Shown piece by piece: positions 48,305 to 56,585 of a stretch of 64,000 bases of DNA. The stretch's first letter is position 1; each line of letters starts with the position of its first letter. Source of the DNA: an uncultured virus (IMG/VR IMGVR_UViG_3300008070_000002) (Duplodnaviria; Heunggongvirae; Uroviricota; Caudoviricetes). Location of the stretch: positions 1 through 64,000 of the IMG/VR virus record IMGVR_UViG_3300008070_000002, one strand, 5' to 3'. A model generated the notes under the pieces. That model did no database searches. It was not told the DNA's origin and worked only from the letters and a program-made list of their open reading frames with translations. Position numbers and translations under genes: made by a program.

Positions 48305-49642
48305 TTAACGGATGTGGAATATTGGATCGTAATCAGCTACAGACAGCTCTACCCCGTGCATCGCTGACATAAATGCGTACATAACGTCAGAACCCACGTT
48401 GGAGATTTCAGCAGCCACGGCACGGGGTTGCCGTGCAAGTTGTTTACCACTACACACTTCGCAGAAGTCCGTATGCGGTGCTTTACATAGCATGGGGCGA
48501 CGAATAGCGATCGGTTTACCCATGTACTGTTTTACTAAATCGCTGGTTAATTCAACGTAGTTTTTACCGTCAAACATATTCAAACCAACGTAGGCGTGTG
48601 CGTTATATTTATTCAAGGTGAAGTGATACAGAAGTTTCGTACCACAATCACCTGGAACGATTTTAACGTTTTGGTAAATACGCTGTAAGAACGTTACCTT
48701 TTCACCACCTAGGGCAGTATCTGCACCGCGGTTATACGAGCCTTCGCGAATTGCATTAAATACTTCAGGAAGTTTCGTTAAATCCGTTCCTTTGTAAAGT
48801 GGTTTAGCAATAAGCGTAAAGCCGCCATCCTCACGGAAAGCAGTTTCTAAACCGTGCAATAAGAAGAGCTTCTTACGTTTAACCGCGATGGACTTACGAT
48901 CTATATAGTAATCGATCGATTCGTCTTGAGATAGCCACTCGATGTCTTTGGCAATAAGCTTCTCTTGAATCTCCGCAACATCTTTGGCCGTTAAAACGCG
49001 ACCATTGCCATATTCAGCCAAAAGCTGTTCACGTAGTGCTTCTACTTCAGGATGTGTTGTAAGTGTTCTTTCTGTACCAGTTGGTGTAATGTACGGACAC
49101 ATCGGAAAGAACTCAAACATCATCTTAACGAACTTAGCTACCTCACTCGCAGTGAAATAAACTTCGTCTGGTGTTGCAGGTACATAACTATCGTCATAAG
49201 CACGGTCAACAAACATCGATACAATTGCATTACCGTTTGTTTTCTGTTGGAATGGTATTTTAGTGCCAAACGAGTAAGAGAGTACCATCCAGTTAAACAG
49301 CATGCGACCATAGGTGGTTTCGATAGGACCCTCGTGGTTTGGTACAGAGCCCTCTGGAAACTTGGTTAAGCAGCGATAATTGAATAGTGGCTTGGTCTGG
49401 TCAGCTCCCTCCAAACGCTGCCAGTCGGATAGCTTTGGATCGAACCAGTAGATGCCGTCGTCTCGATAGTCAATATCAAAAGGCTCTGGCGTATAAATGT
49501 CAAACATCTCGTTTTCAGGAACATCGGGATCATACTCCGTGTCGATTGGCAATTTAACCACGGCGAACAGGCTTATTCGCCATGTACGCCACTTCCAGCG
49601 ATGGGCCTTACACCCCTCAATAAATAATTCTTTTTTATTCAT
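48305..49642 (-). CDS. Virion RNA polymerase beta' subunit, middle part (phiKZ gp80-like)
   Basis: TTYGR, bridge-helix-like REGSYNRGADTALGG, DCGT, R.PMLC...FCEVCSG zinc site and trigger-loop-like MSAMHG. Confidence 0.88.
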   Translation of the reverse strand: MNKKELFIEGCKAHRWKWRTWRISLFAVVKLPIDTEYDPDVPENEMFDIYTPEPFDIDYRDDGIYWFDPKLSDWQRLEGADQTKPLFNYRCLTKFPEGSVPNHEGPIETTYGRMLFNWMVLSYSFGTKIPFQQKTNGNAIVSMFVDRAYDDSYVPATPDEVYFTASEVAKFVKMMFEFFPMCPYITPTGTERTLTTHPEVEALREQLLAEYGNGRVLTAKDVAEIQEKLIAKDIEWLSQDESIDYYIDRKSIAVKRKKLFLLHGLETAFREDGGFTLIAKPLYKGTDLTKLPEVFNAIREGSYNRGADTALGGEKVTFLQRIYQNVKIVPGDCGTKLLYHFTLNKYNAHAYVGLNMFDGKNYVELTSDLVKQYMGKPIAIRRPMLCKAPHTDFCEVCSGKQLARQPRAVAAEISNVGSDVMYAFMSAMHGVELSVADYDPIFHIR

Positions 49643-50495
49643 GGTCTTCTACCGGGTATAACGATTGAAGAATATTACTTGCTTCGCGTACACCGGCTAA
49701 CAAGTATCTGATATGGTCATCGTCTAACAGCATGCGGGTAATCTTGCCAAGATCGGATTCATACGCTGACTGGTAGCTTTCATGCTTTAGAATTGCCAAA
49801 CCTGCGGTAACAATACCAAGATCTTTCTGGTACTGTTCTGGCTTATTAATATCGAAATGAATTTCGATCTCTTTAGCTAGATCATCGGGCTCTCTTAGAT
49901 ACCCGTAATCTTGGAATTTTTCCGCAAGTAGAGAGTTTGGAAATAGCTCAATATATCGCAGCACGCGATCTACCAACGCTTTATTGATCTGGGATTCTTC
50001 GCTGGCACTGCGAATAGATTTTGCAGTGAGCGCACCGCGCACTACTCTAATTGTATTCTGCTGCACTTGCGCTAGAATATCGTGATAGTTGGACGATGGT
50101 ACGCAGGTGATAAACGAAACAAGGTTACCTAGTGTAATAGTTTCTGGTTCGCCAGAATCAACGATCGCTAGTAACGTATCGTAATCATCCCAGTCTTCAA
50201 TATCGAAAAGAAGTGCATCAATGATATGGCTTAAATGCACCGGTTTATTGTATGCGATACCTGGATCGCACTCAACGCCGAGTTTATTTAAAAGGTCGTA
50301 AGCACATTTAAATACCAGTGATTCTATTTCACCAACGGTATCTAAACTGCTGTCATGCCGAGCCGCGATAGCGGTAGCCGTATCCAGATCGTCCTGATAG
50401 CCTACGGTAGATAAGCTTTTTACTATTTCTAGCATTGCATCAGCACGAGTTGGGTGCATTGCTTCGTTAATGATGTTTTCAAGAATATCGTTCAT
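49635..50495 (-). CDS. Conserved hypothetical/virion protein (phiKZ gp79 position)
   Basis: 286 aa, overlaps the vRNAP gene start. Confidence 0.75.
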   Translation of the reverse strand: MNDILENIINEAMHPTRADAMLEIVKSLSTVGYQDDLDTATAIAARHDSSLDTVGEIESLVFKCAYDLLNKLGVECDPGIAYNKPVHLSHIIDALLFDIEDWDDYDTLLAIVDSGEPETITLGNLVSFITCVPSSNYHDILAQVQQNTIRVVRGALTAKSIRSASEESQINKALVDRVLRYIELFPNSLLAEKFQDYGYLREPDDLAKEIEIHFDINKPEQYQKDLGIVTAGLAILKHESYQSAYESDLGKITRMLLDDDHIRYLLAGVREASNILQSLYPVEDHE

Positions 50496-50579
50496 GGGTG
50501 TCTCAGGTGTAGGTTAATGAATACAAGCGCATCTATCATACGACAGACCATATGATGTACACTGACTAAGGATTAAAAA

Positions 50580-51080
50580 ATGACTGTAAGAGCAAACCTA
50601 AGCGCAGCCATCTCTAAAGGCCGTGAACAGGCGGATAATCGTAAAATGGCAACAGCTCGTCGCGAGATCAGCCGCAATCCAGCAAAAGCTAAACTGGACG
50701 ACATTGGCGTGCATATTCGCGCGATCGATAAACAAGTTCGTTTGGCTCACGAAGCTGAATCGCAGGCAGAGCCAGTATTGAATCTGATTCTTGATGCGCT
50801 GGAAGCCACACCGACCATGCCGGAAGAAAGCAAGCAACGTCTTCTGACGTTAGGCGACGCTGCCGCCAAAGACCGCACTAACTATCAACAGCGACTGGAA
50901 CAAATTGATAAACAGGCAAAAGCATTTAAAGACAATCCAGGCCACGATCCACTTATGTGGACAATGGACTCGCTGGGTATTTGTAGTGCAGCCGAGTCGG
51001 CCCGCACCGATTACGTTAAATTGATCAGCGATACATTCGTTGATGTGAATGCAACCGTGACATCTATCAAGGGGAATTAA
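50580..51080 (+). CDS. Hypothetical helical protein
   Basis: 166 aa, TAAGGA RBS. Confidence 0.8.
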   Translation: MTVRANLSAAISKGREQADNRKMATARREISRNPAKAKLDDIGVHIRAIDKQVRLAHEAESQAEPVLNLILDALEATPTMPEESKQRLLTLGDAAAKDRTNYQQRLEQIDKQAKAFKDNPGHDPLMWTMDSLGICSAAESARTDYVKLISDTFVDVNATVTSIKGN

Positions 51081-51082
51081 TA

Positions 51083-52729
51083 ATGACAGAGTCGGATGAA
51101 AAGGTTAATGCTGTACCCACGTTAGGGGAAAACGCTGTGCCTGCCAGCATTGGTACCGAAATCCCAATTACAGCAATGACACCACCCCCAGCGGTAGCGG
51201 TGGTAGATAAGCCGCAGCCTATAGACGATAAGCCGCAGCCTATAGACGATAAGCCGCAGCCTATATACGATAAGCCACAGCCAGTGGACAATGAACCAGC
51301 CGCTGCCGATGAACCTACTGAGACTGATGATGCATTCGATGACGTTTCTCCTAATGTAGAAACGCCGAAGTCTCCGTTCATGTCTGCCAATCCTGACGAC
51401 TTTACAGAAACGCCACTGGAAACCTATGCCGAAGGTACCTATGAGCTCATGTATGCGTTTAAAGACGCTACAGACCCTGTAAACGCAGAAGAGATGACTG
51501 AACGCCTGAAGCTAATCGCCCCGCAGATGATCGGTCACAATGCACTACGCCGTCCTGGCTCAAACTGGAAAGCTTCCATGCAATTTGGTGACTATGTTAT
51601 CGGTATGGGTGCTGCTAAGATCGATACACCGACCACGAATGTTCGTGGTTCGCAGGCACGTGCCATTCTGCGTCGTATCAGTAACCTGGGTGCCAACATC
51701 CGTGTAGTTCTACCTAAGAGCTGTATTTATCTGGAGATTACCTCTCCAGGCGACGATGCAATGATTACGTTTGACTACAAAATGATGACTGAGCGTTCGC
51801 GTTTGGGTCTAAGTACTAACGGGTTACTGTTAAGTGCCGCATCCGGTACCTTCACACGTGATCTGGTAGAACTTGCGCTCGAGCACGTGGTTAGCACCAA
51901 CGTGTCTAATCTGGGTACCGATAAGGTTAAATCGTTGATGGAACGCATTGATCCGCTGGATTATGGTTTGATTATCAACGGTTTAATGGCAGCTAAGTAT
52001 CCAAACGGTTATCCGTGGTTCTTGGCATGCGTCGGTCCTAACTGTGGCCATAAAGAGCCAGTGAAGTTAAACTTTGGCCGTACTCAGCGTATTGACTTCT
52101 CAGCACTATCGGATGAGCAGTTAAAGATGTTGTCTACCAAATGGCGCTCTATTACCGATGACGAAATCGCTAAATACAAAGCGATGTTCCGTCTCAGTGA
52201 TAAATCCATTTATCAATTTAACGATAAAGTGAAAATCCATTTAGGTTCTGGTAGTCTGCTGGGTTACGTAGACGGTGCCCATGCATTGAAAGAAGTGATT
52301 GAAGCCACTCAGGTTAAGTCACTTGCTAACTATGCAACTGAAGCGCAACGTGAATCTTATATCAATAGTCAAGTGCAAGCACGTGCTATGCGTAACTACG
52401 GTCACTTCGTAACGAAGATTGTTATGGAAGTAGGTGATGATGAATTAGAAATCACCGATCCAGAAACAATCGTAGATGCGTTGGATGACTTAAGTGGTGA
52501 CGTAGAACGCGCTGCGGATTTCGATGCACACGTTATTGACTGGATCGAAGAAAACACGATAGCTATCGTTGGTTACCCTACATTTGCTTGCCCGGTTTGT
52601 AATCACACGACGGTAACTAAGAAAGGCGAACGTTTCCGTAACTTTATTCCGTTATCGATCGACCGCATTTTTTTCACAGTTACCAGACTGAAGTCATTGA
52701 AGCTGGCGGCGGTGAACACCGAACAATAA
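51083..52729 (+). CDS. Conserved protein with two Cys pairs, possible tail/baseplate assembly chaperone (phiKZ gp77 position)
   Basis: 548 aa. YPNGY..C....C and CPVC motifs. IFF near the C-terminus is encoded by a slippery sequence. Confidence 0.75.
   Translation: MTESDEKVNAVPTLGENAVPASIGTEIPITAMTPPPAVAVVDKPQPIDDKPQPIDDKPQPIYDKPQPVDNEPAAADEPTETDDAFDDVSPNVETPKSPFMSANPDDFTETPLETYAEGTYELMYAFKDATDPVNAEEMTERLKLIAPQMIGHNALRRPGSNWKASMQFGDYVIGMGAAKIDTPTTNVRGSQARAILRRISNLGANIRVVLPKSCIYLEITSPGDDAMITFDYKMMTERSRLGLSTNGLLLSAASGTFTRDLVELALEHVVSTNVSNLGTDKVKSLMERIDPLDYGLIINGLMAAKYPNGYPWFLACVGPNCGHKEPVKLNFGRTQRIDFSALSDEQLKMLSTKWRSITDDEIAKYKAMFRLSDKSIYQFNDKVKIHLGSGSLLGYVDGAHALKEVIEATQVKSLANYATEAQRESYINSQVQARAMRNYGHFVTKIVMEVGDDELEITDPETIVDALDDLSGDVERAADFDAHVIDWIEENTIAIVGYPTFACPVCNHTTVTKKGERFRNFIPLSIDRIFFTVTRLKSLKLAAVNTEQ
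51206..51289 (+). repeat. 21-bp coding tandem repeat x4 (DKPQPID)
   Basis: GATAAGCCGCAGCCTATAGAC twice exactly, plus two degenerate copies. Confidence 0.95.
52669..52675 (+). other. Putative -1 ribosomal frameshift site T TTT TTC
   Basis: X XXY YYZ heptamer in the correct phase. The -1 frame is open from 52642 to the stop at 53143-53145. Confidence 0.65.
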
Positions 52730-53145
52730 GACAGCTTAACTTTGATATTGACCACAAGGTAAAGGATGCGGAGGGTGTTACTGACATCGACCGCATCCTG
52801 GCTATGCCGCACCAACTGGTTAGACAACTCACGTATCTGGAGTCTGCTCAGATTCTAAGGGAGGCGTATGACCGTACCTATCAATTAGATACCGGGATCG
52901 CTTCCATCGGGATGACTGAAGAAGAGGCACCTGAAAATGGTTCTTTATTCACAGCTCGCCTACAAGAATTTGATGATCTTAAGATCAGTCGGTTTATTCC
53001 GAACTTCTTAGATTATATTGCACTGCCTGGCTTTCGGATTGCTGAAATCAAAGCTGTTGCAAAGCGCTTATTAGATCGTGAGCAGGTTGAATCTGGCAAC
53101 CTAGCAAACCGCATCAATGATTGGGTAGAAAACAAAAAAAAATAA
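52675..53145 (+). CDS. Conserved ORF (phiKZ gp76 position), probably the C-terminal extension of the upstream protein
   Basis: The frame extends 54 sense codons upstream of ATG 52804, and that ATG has no RBS. Confidence 0.65.
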   Translation, partial: HSYQTEVIEAGGGEHRTIRQLNFDIDHKVKDAEGVTDIDRILAMPHQLVRQLTYLESAQILREAYDRTYQLDTGIASIGMTEEEAPENGSLFTARLQEFDDLKISRFIPNFLDYIALPGFRIAEIKAVAKRLLDREQVESGNLANRINDWVENKKK

Positions 53146-53182
53146 GAGGAGGGCGAAAGCCCTCCTCTAGTCTTTTATGCCG
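53134..53182. terminator. Bidirectional terminator
   Basis: AGAGGAGGGC-GAAA-GCCCTCCTCT followed by CTTTTATGCCG. Confidence 0.85.
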
Positions 53183-53480
53183 CGATCGGTCGGATGAGCA
53201 CTTCGGTACTATCCGTTGAAAAGGAAATGGCGTAATGTTTAGCTGCAGGTAGGCTAAACGCTAGCTCTTTTATAGCTTTGATAAATTCAATACACCAGAC
53301 CGTGATGTTCAAATTATCCAGTAGTGATTTAATGAACTCTTTATAAGTGGGTTCTTCCAATGGCTGATGCCGCGCAAGCTCTATCAGTTCAGCTATTAGT
53401 TCACTAAAGGTACGTTCGTTTTTAACTTGGCCTTTAGCTACTTGTAAAACCAACGGCACGGGCATGTAACATCCAATCAT
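53175..53480 (-). CDS. Hypothetical early protein
   Basis: 101 aa, GAGGA RBS, promoter motif at 53521. Confidence 0.7.
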   Translation of the reverse strand: MIGCYMPVPLVLQVAKGQVKNERTFSELIAELIELARHQPLEEPTYKEFIKSLLDNLNITVWCIEFIKAIKELAFSLPAAKHYAISFSTDSTEVLIRPIAA

Positions 53481-53520
53481 TCTTATATCCTCTAAAATTA
53501 AACATTGCGTATAGCATAAA

Positions 53521-53538
53521 GAGAATATCTAATTGAAA
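53521..53538 (-). promoter_or_regulatory. Putative early promoter
   Basis: TTTCAATTAGATATTCTC, one mismatch to the consensus copy. Confidence 0.7.
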
Positions 53539-53543
53539 TTATA

Positions 53544-53894
53544 TTAACTGGTAGCTAGATTGATTGTATGCCAATCCAGCCAATCGTCAATATAACAACG
53601 GAATTTAACGTTAGGGTCATTACGTTCGGTTTCCGAATCGTACTCATGAAACAGTCCGTATTTAAAACGATCGAATCCTGGAGTTCCTCGATTGGTAGAA
53701 ATGCGCCAGACGTTAAACACCTTTCCACGGTGTTTGAATTGCACCATGGTGGTGTGTGCGGCGGTCATCAGTTTATTGAATTGCTTGTAGTCGGCAGATA
53801 AGCCATCTGTAAGCAATTTAAGCGCATCCTCTAAAGAAGGGTACGCTGGTATTAGTGTTGTCAAATATTGCTCTACAGGCGCTGTGATGCCCAT
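53544..53894 (-). CDS. Hypothetical protein
   Basis: Start at ATG 53894 (MGITAP) with GAGGG RBS. The longer start lies within a terminator. Confidence 0.7.
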   Translation of the reverse strand: MGITAPVEQYLTTLIPAYPSLEDALKLLTDGLSADYKQFNKLMTAAHTTMVQFKHRGKVFNVWRISTNRGTPGFDRFKYGLFHEYDSETERNDPNVKFRCYIDDWLDWHTINLATS

Positions 53895-53958
53895 ATAAAG
53901 GCCCTCTCTAATATGTGGTGGCAAAAAAAAGAACACGAGGGTGTTACCCCTCGCGACT

Positions 53959-56556
53959 TTAGATGATAAAGCTGCTGTTCATAGTAACAGCGCTGGCTAC
54001 CTTACCAGAAAACGACTCCATCCGATTACGGTAGTATTTGACATGTTTGTTAAAGTGACGACAGACTGGATAGACAACGTGTGGAGTAATACCCCAGTCA
54101 CGTAATACGCCTTTACGGGTACGCCCCATCATCTGCAAATTAGCCTGACTATCATCGACTGCGGTAGTGATTAAAGCCATGGTAAGGCCTTTGTAATCCA
54201 CAGCAGTACCTGACTTGCCACGCGTCGATACAATAATATCAGCCTTACCTGCTTTGTTGTAATCGTCCCCGTCGATGTAACGGGCAACGTCAAAGTTCGG
54301 ATGTTTCAACTTAACGTATTGTACAAAACGGGTGCAGATTTCCTTCATGCCGAATATGATCAAGCACTTATGGCCTTTTGCGTGCTTTTCAAAATACCAG
54401 CGTTCCATCAGCTTATATAACATATCGAAATATGACTTTTGCTGTTTTGGGTTACGCATGATGATCTTTTCAAGCTCGTTATGACTGTACATCTTCATCC
54501 CGTTAATACGACGCAAGGTTTTACGATCACCCCAGTTGTAATAAACGCTGACGACGTTGATGTACTTATCATACTCCATCTTGAACCGGAATTCTTCAGG
54601 GAAACGTTCTTTATAACGTGCCTTGTTAAAATCCTGATCTGGAACGAGCGTTGCTGATAAATCTACCACCTTTTTAGGAGCCAACATGATATACGACTGA
54701 TAATTCATACGAAACAACATATGGACTTCGTCGTAACCGAGCATTCCCACACCGAGTGCCTTTAAAAGCTCATATGGTGAATATAAGAACCGCTCGCCCT
54801 CACAATAACGTTTAATGTAGTTGTCAATCACAAACGATCCGGTTAAAATCATTTTAACCTCTCGTCTACCTTTCCCCGCTTTAAGACCGCCTTCTTTGGC
54901 CACCTGCATCAGATCTTCTAAATCATCGAAATCCTCGATGACTAGAAGTTCGCCGGGTCTAAAATCCAGCGCTTCTTTAAAATCCTTTTTCCATTTTTCG
55001 ACAAAAGCTGGTTTGGTGATCAGCATCGTACGCTCACCAAGTATTTTGGCGATTTTACAGAATGCCACTGTATTATGGGTTACAATCCATTGGTCCATAA
55101 CAAATAGCTTATCTTGATTATCAACTGAAATACAGGTGGCTTCCCCAGACTCCACTGACTCTATCGATTTTACTCGAAGTTTCAGTATGTCGTTATACTG
55201 ACCGTGGTCGTTAGTTAGCTGTTTCTTTCTGGTGAGATGAAACAACATCGATGGCTTTTTCATGCGAATAAGTACATTATAAGCCAATTTCCCATCAAGA
55301 TACTCTCCTTTATAAGTATAATGAGGGCGTTTTTCAGATAATCTAGCAACACCGCCGAGAGACCGAACCAATTCTTGGACGCCGAGTGCCAATGAATAAC
55401 TAGTTGAACAAAACGACGGTTGGCCACCGTATTTACCAACAGTACCATCTGTGTCCATTAAACCACGTAATAACTCCCAACGTTGCTCAACAGATCCTTC
55501 AAGATACTGCTTGGGGATAAACTTAGTGTCGGATCTCGTGCCGATAAGTTTTAACTCATCGAGCATGTCAACCAGTGGGTTTCTAACATTACCTCCAGCG
55601 GCGATGCGCCATGATCTACCATCAGAGCTACGTGGCTCACAACCTTCCGGTAGGTGACGCCGAACGCGGTCAATTAGTTCTGTATCGTATTTGGTTATTG
55701 TTAACGCTCTGGTAGACATGCTGCCATCGCCTAACAACACCCCAAGCAAATACGGATGAATTGGAAAATCCTTTTCGCTGGTTTCTTCTGGCTCCGGAAG
55801 TGGGATATAGACACGCGGTTCGTGCATATCGAGTAATCGTTTCATCTCCAGCGTGTTTCTAACACCCCATCTACGTTTTTCTGTAGTGTTAATGTAAAAA
55901 CACTGCCACAGATGTTCACCACAAACTGTCGCTTTTCTACCATCATAGAAGGTAACTTCGTATAGATCAACAACTCCCTGTGGGTAAACACCAGTTACTA
56001 ATGTTGGCTTACCGTCTGCACCGGTAACGGTGTCGCCTATTTTTAGTTTTTCGATGGCCTTCCAACCGCCTGGTATGCGAACAAGTGTTCCATTTTTTGC
56101 GGCCTTCCCTTTGCCCATCTGAACTTCGAATATATCATGTCCGGTTGGTTTTTCTCCTGCTTTTTGCGCATCGTTTTGCCACACAAAGTCCTCATGTTCT
56201 TCGTGCATCTTAAACGTATTGCGGTCAAACTCTACTTTATCACCAGACCAGGACTCGTCTACGGTTTCATAGTGGTATTTAATAGAGTCTCGAATCTGGT
56301 ACATGTTGTTTTCAACATGCTGCATTAAGCGATCATAGGCTCCAGCAGCATACAAATATTCGTTTTTACGTGAATCGAAAAGAAAGAACTTATCTCCAGG
56401 AATGAAGATGATTTTACCGTGTTCACGTTGCATTTTACGTGCAGTGAGCTTATCGTTAAAATCACGGAGTAAGTTTAGGTACTGGTGAGAAATCGTTCGG
56501 ACGGAGAACCCAGTTCCCCATCGTCGTATATAAACTTCGATCATCTCGGCTCCCAT
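53959..56556 (-). CDS. SF2 (UvsW-like/DExH) helicase with intein (phiKZ gp75-like)
   Basis: Walker A GKGK/T split by the intein. DEVH, LSAT and QMMGR motifs. 521 aa after splicing. Confidence 0.9.
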   Translation of the reverse strand: MGAEMIEVYIRRWGTGFSVRTISHQYLNLLRDFNDKLTARKMQREHGKIIFIPGDKFFLFDSRKNEYLYAAGAYDRLMQHVENNMYQIRDSIKYHYETVDESWSGDKVEFDRNTFKMHEEHEDFVWQNDAQKAGEKPTGHDIFEVQMGKGKAAKNGTLVRIPGGWKAIEKLKIGDTVTGADGKPTLVTGVYPQGVVDLYEVTFYDGRKATVCGEHLWQCFYINTTEKRRWGVRNTLEMKRLLDMHEPRVYIPLPEPEETSEKDFPIHPYLLGVLLGDGSMSTRALTITKYDTELIDRVRRHLPEGCEPRSSDGRSWRIAAGGNVRNPLVDMLDELKLIGTRSDTKFIPKQYLEGSVEQRWELLRGLMDTDGTVGKYGGQPSFCSTSYSLALGVQELVRSLGGVARLSEKRPHYTYKGEYLDGKLAYNVLIRMKKPSMLFHLTRKKQLTNDHGQYNDILKLRVKSIESVESGEATCISVDNQDKLFVMDQWIVTHNTVAFCKIAKILGERTMLITKPAFVEKWKKDFKEALDFRPGELLVIEDFDDLEDLMQVAKEGGLKAGKGRREVKMILTGSFVIDNYIKRYCEGERFLYSPYELLKALGVGMLGYDEVHMLFRMNYQSYIMLAPKKVVDLSATLVPDQDFNKARYKERFPEEFRFKMEYDKYINVVSVYYNWGDRKTLRRINGMKMYSHNELEKIIMRNPKQQKSYFDMLYKLMERWYFEKHAKGHKCLIIFGMKEICTRFVQYVKLKHPNFDVARYIDGDDYNKAGKADIIVSTRGKSGTAVDYKGLTMALITTAVDDSQANLQMMGRTRKGVLRDWGITPHVVYPVCRHFNKHVKYYRNRMESFSGKVASAVTMNSSFII
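55072..56103 (-). mobile_element. Class 3 intein with LAGLIDADG homing endonuclease (344 aa)
   Basis: Starts AAKNGTLV, block B CGEHLW, LAGLIDADG motifs LLGVLLGDGS and LRGLMDTDGT, block F TCISVD, ends VTHN before Thr+1. Confidence 0.92.
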
Positions 56557-56585
56557 AAATAAAAAAAGGGAGCCGAAGCTCCCTT
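56557..56585 (-). terminator. Rho-independent terminator
   Basis: AAGGGAGC-TTCG-GCTCCCTT followed by a T-run. Confidence 0.85.
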
